DNA of 64,000 nt from a candidate division WWE3 bacterium RIFOXYC1_FULL_40_10 (lineage in GTDB: Bacteria > Patescibacteriota > WWE3 > UBA101185 > UBA10185). Location of the stretch: positions 478,479-542,478 of the forward strand of contig MEWB01000001.1 of assembly GCA_001773215.1 (NCBI GenBank), in the 5' to 3' direction. Positions 1 to 7,943 of this stretch are shown in pieces. Below the pieces are notes generated by a model, which worked only from the letters and a program-made list of their open reading frames with translations, searched no databases and was not told where the DNA came from. The position numbers were made by a program, and so were the translations under genes. Every line of letters begins with the position of its first letter. Positions within the stretch are counted from its first letter, which is position 1.

Positions 1-66
1 TAACACTAAGAATAGTGTGTAGACAAAATGATAGACACTAGAGGAGTGTGGTGTCAAGAGGAACTT

Positions 67-2496
67 TTAGTATTTAATACCCACCCATTCCAAAATAGTC
101 TGCCAAAAGGCTTTTTTGCCTTGAGTTATATTCTCACTCACCTCTTGGGTGCTTATTCCCTCAACTGTTGGTTGAATAATCTGTGGTTTTATTTCTTCTG
201 TAGTGTTAACTGCAATTTCAACAGCTTGAGTTGAAGGATCTATTGTAAGTGTAAATTCTATCTTTTCTTCTCCTGATTCAATCTTCACATTGCTTTTACC
301 TGTAAGAAATTCGTGGGTGTACTCCCAGTGATTTGAGTAAGGGGTGACCCTGCTAATTTCAGTCCCGTTCACCGTAATTACCACGGTATCTTCTGAGTTT
401 CCAATCAACCTCACCAAGTTCTCAGTGTAAAAATAGTTCTTGTATATAGAAAAGTCGGGTACGAATGTTCCTATCTGCGTAATTTCCAGATCAGGTGTGG
501 TATTAACTTTTATTGTTTGTTTAAAGGTATCAGAAACATTCCCTGCTTCATCCTTAAATCTAATGTAAAAGTTCTTTTTTCCATCGTAATCAAATCCAAG
601 TTTTACATCACCATCATAGTCTCTCCATCTAGCATCCTTAAAATCTTCATTTTGAGCTAGCATAATGTATTTAACTCCCGTCGTTGAATCTCTAGTATCA
701 AAATATAATTTGAACTCCCTGCTAGGTGAATTAATTGTGCTAGACCCTATCTCCTTTAGGCTTGATTTACTTAATCCAATTAATTGACCATTTTCTCCAG
801 GTGCATCTTTGTCTAAAATAAAACCTTTATTTAAAAATAGGTTTGATGGCATGTAAACATCATTTTGATCATAAGATCTTATGTATACAGATCTGTCTCC
901 TTCTTCAAGAGAAGAAATATCGCAGGAAAACTCCTCAGTAGATTCGTCGAAGGCACCATTAGCTGAGGTACAAGCCGTCCATGTTCCTGGAGTGGCACTT
1001 GAGGTGCTCCACTCAACCCCTTTAATTGTATATCCGGATTCTCCTGATATAGCAGTACCCTCAAGATCCGTGTTACTTGCAGTTCCGGAAACTTCTATAG
1101 TAGGATTCCCATGAGAAATCTCGTACATATTAATAATACTTGCTCCCGAACCTCCAGAAGCACCCCCGCCTTGTACAATAGCAACGTCCTTCCAGCCGTC
1201 AGCATCAAGATCTCCTGTTTCAATCATATTTCCAAAAGCTGTATTCCCACTGGTTTTAATAATTGAAATCCAAGCTGAGGTTGTATCTAATCCGGATGCC
1301 GAATTTTTATAAACATAAAACTTGCCGTGCCTGCTGCCTGATGCCGCAGTTGTTTGATAAGCACCCACCAATAGTTCCGGATAGCCATCATTGTTTAAGT
1401 CTTCGATATGGACAGCCCTGCCATAGCTGTCGTATGCTGTACTACCGTTAAGAGTAATATTTGCTGTTGAAAAATTGTAGGAGCTGGAAAATGTTTCTCT
1501 CCCATACCAACAAAATACCCGGCCGGCTGACGTACTAATATTGTAAGCACCACCACAATAATCGTCCTTGCCATCATTATTTAAATCTCCAATACCATGG
1601 GAATAACTTCGCCCAAAATAATCTGCACCTGCAGTAGTAGTAAAATCCACCTCACTAAAGGTACCATCTCCATTACTAAGCAACATGAAAACATCCTTAC
1701 CAATATAGCCCGTGTAAAAGTAATTATCCCCGCTAAGAATATCGTCGTAACCATCGCCGTTGAAATCTCCAGACTTGATGCCGTTATAATAAGCTCCAAA
1801 TCTAACATTACTTAAGGTAGTTTGTGCCCAAGGATCGTTAAAATCGTAAGACCCATTATTATTTTGATATACAAATATAGAGATGGTATTAAAATCACTA
1901 TTAGGAATTGACGAAACAGCAATATCACTATCCCCATCTCCGTCATAATCCCCTGATCCAACTCCGTAACCGAAATATTTCCTATCGGTGGAATTACCTA
2001 TTATTCTTAAATCTGCCGAAGCCGCCGAAGTATTACTCGTAAATTGCTTATTATAAAAAGCGTATAGCATTCCGGTCCCGGTAGAATAATTCCACCCTGT
2101 AGTTAATAGATCTATTTTATTATCATTGGTAATATCTTCAAGAATAATCGGATCATTTAACGAATCTCCGAAATAATCGTTAGCGACCTCACCTGTGAAA
2201 GTAGCATCGTTAGTGTTATCAAAAGAAGCTCCTCCATAATAGACATAAACTCTTCCTGCAAAGCTTCCATAAGAATAGTAACTTGCCGCCACATCATCGT
2301 AACCATCACCATTTATATCACCAATGGAGGTAGGAAGTCCAAAGAATGTACCACCATTGGTAATTGTACCCACCTGTGTTAGTGACGCCGCACCACTAGA
2401 ATTAATGCGAAATAAAAACACTACCAAAACTAAAAAAATAACCCTACTTAAATATCTCACACCTTTATTCTCACATTTTACTGAAAGATATTCCAT
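67..2496 (-). CDS. Large secreted/surface protein with FG-GAP (integrin-alpha-like) beta-propeller repeats plus the shared C-terminal module and WQTILEWVGIKY tail
   Basis: 809-aa ORF. Hydrophobic N-terminal signal/anchor. Repeated DxNxDGxxD (DINGDGYDDV-type) Ca-binding FG-GAP motifs. ~180-aa module with a Cys pair and the YIRFKDEAGNVSD motif, shared with the 5755..7908 and 7944..10433 proteins (and partly with the NHL protein). Pro/Gln-rich linker, then a conserved C-terminal tail. Confidence 0.75.
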   Translation of the reverse strand: MEYLSVKCENKGVRYLSRVIFLVLVVFLFRINSSGAASLTQVGTITNGGTFFGLPTSIGDINGDGYDDVAASYYSYGSFAGRVYVYYGGASFDNTNDATFTGEVANDYFGDSLNDPIILEDITNDNKIDLLTTGWNYSTGTGMLYAFYNKQFTSNTSAASADLRIIGNSTDRKYFGYGVGSGDYDGDGDSDIAVSSIPNSDFNTISIFVYQNNNGSYDFNDPWAQTTLSNVRFGAYYNGIKSGDFNGDGYDDILSGDNYFYTGYIGKDVFMLLSNGDGTFSEVDFTTTAGADYFGRSYSHGIGDLNNDGKDDYCGGAYNISTSAGRVFCWYGRETFSSSYNFSTANITLNGSTAYDSYGRAVHIEDLNNDGYPELLVGAYQTTAASGSRHGKFYVYKNSASGLDTTSAWISIIKTSGNTAFGNMIETGDLDADGWKDVAIVQGGGASGGSGASIINMYEISHGNPTIEVSGTASNTDLEGTAISGESGYTIKGVEWSTSSATPGTWTACTSANGAFDESTEEFSCDISSLEEGDRSVYIRSYDQNDVYMPSNLFLNKGFILDKDAPGENGQLIGLSKSSLKEIGSSTINSPSREFKLYFDTRDSTTGVKYIMLAQNEDFKDARWRDYDGDVKLGFDYDGKKNFYIRFKDEAGNVSDTFKQTIKVNTTPDLEITQIGTFVPDFSIYKNYFYTENLVRLIGNSEDTVVITVNGTEISRVTPYSNHWEYTHEFLTGKSNVKIESGEEKIEFTLTIDPSTQAVEIAVNTTEEIKPQIIQPTVEGISTQEVSENITQGKKAFWQTILEWVGIKY

Positions 2497-2516
2497 AATC
2501 TTAGTTAATGAGTTGG

Positions 2517-5500
2517 TTATAGTTTCAAATCCCTGCCGATTCTGCCGAAGGCTTTTTTAATTGGTATGGTTGAGGATATAAAACTTTTTATCACACCCAA
2601 GGCCGGCTGAGAGTCGACTCTAATTTGGTAATTTCCCTTTTCTACTAAAAAGTTATATCTCCCTTTGTAATCCGCTACACTAACTTGGCCTCTAAATTCC
2701 GGCGCTACGCTGTTTACTAATCTAACAATACAACCCGGAACAAATTTACCGGCATGATTTTTTATCACTCCCCAGCTTTTTACATAAGCCTCTAGAGTCC
2801 GATATATAAATAACAACAAGAATATTATAGAAATAAAGATGTTTGTTGGAGTAGGGCTTTTGGTTATCACTACGATACTCCACACTAAGCCGGCATAGTA
2901 GGCGATTGTTGTGACAAAGGCAAATACCGGATTCGTACCACCTATACCTCTCCTAATTTTCTCCAATTGATTCCAATTGCTAGCCAAAGCATCCATAGGA
3001 ATATTTAGATCCAACTTGCCGGATGTTGGTACAACAACCTCCGTTGCTGTTAAAATGTCAGAATATACAGGTTCTACCAATTGACTTGTAATTTTAGCCG
3101 AAGGAAATAGATAGGATGTCTTTCTCGCCGAAATTGTGTAAGTTCCAGGCTCAACTAAAAACTGATATCTGCCATACATATCTGTTACGGTTTGTATCAC
3201 TTTCCCTGCAGCAGATGTTAGTGTAAGAACGACCGGATCTAAAGGTTGTTTATTTTTTGAATCATAAACCACTCCCCACGGGTGATCTTTCTTCCTAAAG
3301 AACCCCGAAATTAGCGAGGGAAGAGCCCATGGATTTATGTAAGGTATGGTGCTTAACGAACTTAATAGTCCGGTAAATAAAAGTGGAGATACTGATAGTG
3401 CCGCCGTGCTAATACCTACGCCAAGCGAAGTGAAAAATCCCACCAGCTTCTCCGCGCTCAAAGCCAAAATATTCCCCATAGGTTTACCTATATGAGGCTT
3501 AGGTTGCTGTACGTCACCTTTTGGAAATATTTCTACAGGAGGTTCTGTCACTTCAACCTCTATTCTGGGCAGCTCGGGGACAATGACTAATGCGGGAACA
3601 GAATCCCCTGTGTAATTTATCCCTCGGGATATTTTATCGCTAACATTGCCTTTAGTGTCTTTAAATCTAACGTACACAGTGTAACCGGCAAGTACATCAG
3701 GAAGCTTATAGTCTTTTGTGGTGCGATAACTTTCCCAAGATGCTTCCGACAAATCACTCTTCGTTGATATCTTCATTTGCTCCACCTTGGCAACATCCCC
3801 GCTTGCTCTTAAATAAAGCCTGATATAAGGCGACTTAGTAGTAGTTGCAGAACTTCCGTCTATTGTCCCATCCGATGAGTTTATTACTAATTTTCCCTTG
3901 CTAAAGTTGTCGTCCTCATCATCTTCATCCTCTTCGTCATCGTCTCCACCAGACACCGCCGGATATTCATAGTACAAAATCCTATTGTTAAAAGTATCAA
4001 CTACATAGATATTACCTGATGAGGTTATAGCTGTTGCATAGGGATAATTGAATTGACTGGTGGAACTGCCAAGTGCTCCCCACCCGGCTAGGTAGGTACC
4101 CGAGAGTGTGAACTTTTTGATCATATGATTATAGGTATCGGTCACGTATACGTAGGATCCGTAGACATCTACATCCTGGGGTTCATCCATCCCTCCGCTA
4201 TGATCCCACTGAGATATATAAACTCCACCTGCAGTGAATTTCTGAATTCTGTTATTGTACGTATCTGCTACATAAATGTGTCCATATCCATCCATTCCAA
4301 GATTGTAAGGAGTGTCCAGCTGCCCATCCCCGGAACCTGACTCCCCAAACTTATTCACATACACACCCGCTGTTGTGAATTCCTGGACTCGATTATTGTT
4401 GCTGTCTGACACATACACTCTCCCTGTGGGTGAGACTACTATTCCTATAGGGCCGTTAAATTGACCGTTCCCTGCCCCACTACTACCCCACTGGGATAGA
4501 TAGTTTCCGCTCGTATCAAAAACCTGAACCCTATCGTTCGACATATCCGTAACGAAAATTTTATTATCGTAGAAAAAGCACCCCTGGGGATATGAAAACT
4601 GCCCATCACCGGATCCTTCACTCCCCCACGTACTAATAAAGTTTCCGGCACCATCGAACTTTTGAACTCGGTGGGTCTCACCGTCTGACACATAAAGTGT
4701 GTCATTGCCATCCAAACAGGCTCCTGCAGGATTATAGAACTCACCGTTTTCGCCTCCCATTAACCCCCATTTATAAACGAAGCCTCCTGCCAATGTGAAT
4801 TTGGTTACTCTATTAATTGTATTATCAACCATGTATAAGTATCCGCCGTTTAATACAATCGAATAGGCCGATTCGTGATCACCATTAGAGTTTCCCAAGG
4901 TACCCCACTTACTTTGGTACACACCGCTTGAGTTAAATTTCTGCACCCGGGCACCACCCTCGGAAATATAAATGTTGTCATCTTCGTCAACTGCAACCCC
5001 TAACGAGTATACAAGCTCTCCATCACCTGTACCGTATGATCCTATAGACAACTCGTGAACTCCACTACTTGTAAACCTTTGAACCCTACTATTCGAATAA
5101 TCGGAAACGTATATTTTATCGTCAGAGTCGATAGCCATTCTCCCCGGTGAGCTAAATTGCCCATTCCCCGAGCCTGTAGTACCCCATTTTGCGCTATAAT
5201 CCCCATCTGGTTCAAATTTCATTACTCTGTTCAGCACTATATCTGTGACATATACATAACCTGCTGAATCAACTACAACATCTCCCGGTGAAGAAAACTG
5301 GCCATCCCCTGTCCCAGCCGATCCAAATGTCATTTCATAGACAAGAGAAGAGCTGTATTTTTCAACTCTTTTGTTTGTAGTATCTACCACATACAACTTG
5401 TCTGAGGAATCCAAAAAAAGGCCGTGGGGAAAATTAAATTTCCCGTGTGTTGCCCCTTGGCTACCGAACGTAGTTATTGTTTGATCCGATGTAATCTTTA

Positions 5501-5726
5501 CTAGCCTGTGATTGCTGGCGTCGGAAATAAATATGTTTCCGTCGGAGTCGAAAACGATATCTCTCGGAGCGTACAAGTATACTTGAGTGGTGTTGGGAAT
5601 AGAACTTGGTGTCGTCCTCTCATAAGCAGGCAAGTCACTATCCGCTGCAAATGCGAGAGAACTAAAAAAAGATGCAATCAATCCGAATAGCAAAAAACGC
5701 TTAGGGCACATGATAAAAGTATACAT
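2517..5726 (-). CDS. Giant NHL-repeat beta-propeller surface protein with acidic linker, shared module, hydrophobic (multi-TM?) region and two carboxypeptidase-regulatory-like (CarbopepD_reg/Cna-B-type) domains
   Basis: 1069-aa ORF. Signal peptide. About 12 NHL-like repeats (YVxDxxNxRVxKF pattern). DDDEEDEDDEDD run. Module with YVRFKDTKGNVSD. KPMGNILAL segment followed by hydrophobic stretches. Two GxYxF/YQI beta-sandwich-like segments flanking further TM helices. Confidence 0.7.
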   Translation of the reverse strand: MYTFIMCPKRFLLFGLIASFFSSLAFAADSDLPAYERTTPSSIPNTTQVYLYAPRDIVFDSDGNIFISDASNHRLVKITSDQTITTFGSQGATHGKFNFPHGLFLDSSDKLYVVDTTNKRVEKYSSSLVYEMTFGSAGTGDGQFSSPGDVVVDSAGYVYVTDIVLNRVMKFEPDGDYSAKWGTTGSGNGQFSSPGRMAIDSDDKIYVSDYSNSRVQRFTSSGVHELSIGSYGTGDGELVYSLGVAVDEDDNIYISEGGARVQKFNSSGVYQSKWGTLGNSNGDHESAYSIVLNGGYLYMVDNTINRVTKFTLAGGFVYKWGLMGGENGEFYNPAGACLDGNDTLYVSDGETHRVQKFDGAGNFISTWGSEGSGDGQFSYPQGCFFYDNKIFVTDMSNDRVQVFDTSGNYLSQWGSSGAGNGQFNGPIGIVVSPTGRVYVSDSNNNRVQEFTTAGVYVNKFGESGSGDGQLDTPYNLGMDGYGHIYVADTYNNRIQKFTAGGVYISQWDHSGGMDEPQDVDVYGSYVYVTDTYNHMIKKFTLSGTYLAGWGALGSSTSQFNYPYATAITSSGNIYVVDTFNNRILYYEYPAVSGGDDDEEDEDDEDDNFSKGKLVINSSDGTIDGSSATTTKSPYIRLYLRASGDVAKVEQMKISTKSDLSEASWESYRTTKDYKLPDVLAGYTVYVRFKDTKGNVSDKISRGINYTGDSVPALVIVPELPRIEVEVTEPPVEIFPKGDVQQPKPHIGKPMGNILALSAEKLVGFFTSLGVGISTAALSVSPLLFTGLLSSLSTIPYINPWALPSLISGFFRKKDHPWGVVYDSKNKQPLDPVVLTLTSAAGKVIQTVTDMYGRYQFLVEPGTYTISARKTSYLFPSAKITSQLVEPVYSDILTATEVVVPTSGKLDLNIPMDALASNWNQLEKIRRGIGGTNPVFAFVTTIAYYAGLVWSIVVITKSPTPTNIFISIIFLLLFIYRTLEAYVKSWGVIKNHAGKFVPGCIVRLVNSVAPEFRGQVSVADYKGRYNFLVEKGNYQIRVDSQPALGVIKSFISSTIPIKKAFGRIGRDLKL

Positions 5727-5754
5727 GGGGGGTAGAACCTTGCAAGGGAAAATA

Positions 5755-7908
5755 CTAGTAATTTATCCCAAACCACCCAAGGATATTCTGCCACAAGGAT
5801 TTCCTTAGTGGTTTTGTTTCCTCAACAACCGGTACCTGTATTCCCTGAGCCTGAGGCTGCACCTCCAAAGGCTGAATCTCCTCTATTGGGGCAGTTACTT
5901 GAATCTGCTCCACAGGTTGGATCACCTCCTCAACCAGCACCGGCGGGGTTGGCTCTATCGCGAGTTTTGTATTTACCTCGATGATTTGCTTAAAAGTATG
6001 GCTAACATTTCCTGCCTCATCTTTTAACCTGATGTATAAATTCTTTTTCCCATCATAATCGAACCCTAACTGAATATCCCCATCGTATTCTTTCCACTTC
6101 GCATTCTTGAAATCCTTGTTTTGGGAAACCTTTATATACTCAACTTTCGTTGTGGAATCGCGAGTATCAAAATATAACTTGAAAGATCTCTCATCAGCTT
6201 CTAGAGTTTTTGTGCCTATCTCAATTAAGTTATTTCTGGACAATCCAACCAACTGATTGTTCTCTCCCGGACCCTCTTTATCTAACGTAAAATCCTTGTG
6301 AGTAAATAAACTTTCCGGCATATAAATATCATTTTGGTCGAACGATCTTAGGAATATCCCATTTTCCCCCTCATTAAACGAGGACACGTCGCATGAAAAT
6401 TCCTCGGTGGATTCGTCGAAGGTTCCATCAGATGGAATACAAGCTACCCATACCCCCGGTACCGCACTTGATGTACTCCATTCTACCCCCTTTACAGAGT
6501 ATCCGGGCTCACCGGAAACAGCAGTACCTTCTAGTCCTACATTACTGGCAGTGCCTGATACAGTAAGAGTAGGATTACCGTGTGATAACTCATAGATGTT
6601 TGCCTGGGACACTCCAGTTGCGCTTGCGGCTCCACCTGCCTGAGTAACTGCAATGTCCATCCAGTCATCATTGTCAATATCCCCTGCAGTTACATAAGCG
6701 CCAAAGGCAGTGTTTCCACTAGTCTTTATTTCCGATAACCAAGCCGATGATATGTCTAACTCTCCGACTTCGTTCTTATAAATAAAAAGCTTACCGTGCC
6801 GACTCCCACCAGCTTTGCTTGCTTGGTAGGCACCTACCATTAATTCTGGATAGCCATCGTTAGTAACATCTCGAATGTCGATGCTCCTTCCGAAATTATC
6901 ATTAGCACCTACGCCATCAGCTGCTCCACTGATAGTCAAGTCGGCAGTTGCATTTGTATAAGAAGCTGAGAAACTTGCTCTACCGTACCAACACAATACG
7001 CGCCCTGTACTACCAGAGTAACCATATGCCCCTACACAAAAATCGTCTTTTCCGTCGGAATTTAAATCACCAACGGCTTCGGTGAAACCACGGCCAAAGT
7101 TATCTTCCGCGGCGGCGGCCACAAAGTCCACTTCACTAAAATTCCCGGCCCCATCACTCAAAAGCAACACACCGTCTTTTCCCGAAGCACCAGCGAAAAA
7201 ATCGAAAACTAGGATGTCGTCGTTTCCATCACCGTTAAAATCCCCCGAAAGCATACCTCCATACCCCTCCGATGAACCCCCTGTGATGCTTATTGTCGCC
7301 CAAGGTGCGGCAAAATTAAAAGTGTCACTCGAATTCTGATAAACACGTATTTTATTAATTCCCCCAGTAGCCCAGGATAACACTGCAATATCCCTTCCAC
7401 CCGCACCATCGAAATTACCCGAGGTAGACGCCGGTCCGGTCCATTTCATATCTGTCGCATTTCCCACTTTACTTAAATCAGCAGTTGAAGCAGAGATATT
7501 TCCGGAAAAATCATCCCCATAGAAAGTATAAAATTTTCCATAATTAGTGTTATATGCATAGGCACCTGTGAGAATGTCCTTTTTACCATCACTATTAACG
7601 TCCCCCAATGAAAAACCGCCAAATTCAAAATAGGCCATATATGTTGTCGCCTCATCAATGAATGTTGCGTCTACCACATTATTAAAAGCAGCTCCCCCAT
7701 AATAAACGTAAATTCTGCCAATAGATTCAGGCGCATATCCTACGAGAACATCATCGTAACCATCTCCGTTAATATCATCAATTTTTACAGGGAATCCAAA
7801 ATAATTAGAACTATTTGAAAGTGTGCTCATTGTTGTTAGAGTAGGAGCCGCGTAAACCGTTCCAGTAATCATTATGAGCAGAAATAACGATAACAGTTTT
7901 TTATTCAC
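5755..7908 (-). CDS. Large surface protein with FG-GAP beta-propeller repeats, shared C-terminal module and WQNILGWFGINY tail (GTG start in ORF track; alternative ATG at codon 13)
   Basis: 717-aa ORF with signal peptide and DINGDGYDDV/DFNGDGNDD motifs. Module roughly 70% identical by eye to that of 67..2496. Pro/Gln/Val-rich linker. Conserved C-terminus. Confidence 0.75.
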   Translation of the reverse strand: MNKKLLSLFLLIMITGTVYAAPTLTTMSTLSNSSNYFGFPVKIDDINGDGYDDVLVGYAPESIGRIYVYYGGAAFNNVVDATFIDEATTYMAYFEFGGFSLGDVNSDGKKDILTGAYAYNTNYGKFYTFYGDDFSGNISASTADLSKVGNATDMKWTGPASTSGNFDGAGGRDIAVLSWATGGINKIRVYQNSSDTFNFAAPWATISITGGSSEGYGGMLSGDFNGDGNDDILVFDFFAGASGKDGVLLLSDGAGNFSEVDFVAAAAEDNFGRGFTEAVGDLNSDGKDDFCVGAYGYSGSTGRVLCWYGRASFSASYTNATADLTISGAADGVGANDNFGRSIDIRDVTNDGYPELMVGAYQASKAGGSRHGKLFIYKNEVGELDISSAWLSEIKTSGNTAFGAYVTAGDIDNDDWMDIAVTQAGGAASATGVSQANIYELSHGNPTLTVSGTASNVGLEGTAVSGEPGYSVKGVEWSTSSAVPGVWVACIPSDGTFDESTEEFSCDVSSFNEGENGIFLRSFDQNDIYMPESLFTHKDFTLDKEGPGENNQLVGLSRNNLIEIGTKTLEADERSFKLYFDTRDSTTKVEYIKVSQNKDFKNAKWKEYDGDIQLGFDYDGKKNLYIRLKDEAGNVSHTFKQIIEVNTKLAIEPTPPVLVEEVIQPVEQIQVTAPIEEIQPLEVQPQAQGIQVPVVEETKPLRKSLWQNILGWFGINY

Positions 7909-7943
7909 ACAATTAGTTTAACAAAAAATTCCAATTAGCAATA

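Noticed and set aside
28-234. + strand 68-aa ORF overlapping the 3' end of the FG-GAP gene
   Set aside because: It is entirely antisense to a well-supported 809-aa gene, has low-complexity hydrophobic composition and no RBS. Likely spurious.
3890-3960. Low-complexity GAT/GAA/GAG-rich DNA (gtcctcatcatcttcatcctcttcgtcatc)
   Set aside because: It encodes the DDDEEDEDDEDD acidic linker of the NHL protein. It is not a repeat element or CRISPR.
5738-5747. 10-bp perfect palindrome CCTTGCAAGG in the 28-nt gap between two surface-protein genes
   Set aside because: It is too short for a stable terminator hairpin (no loop) and is not followed by a T-run. It could be a protein-binding site, but a single 10-mer is weak evidence.
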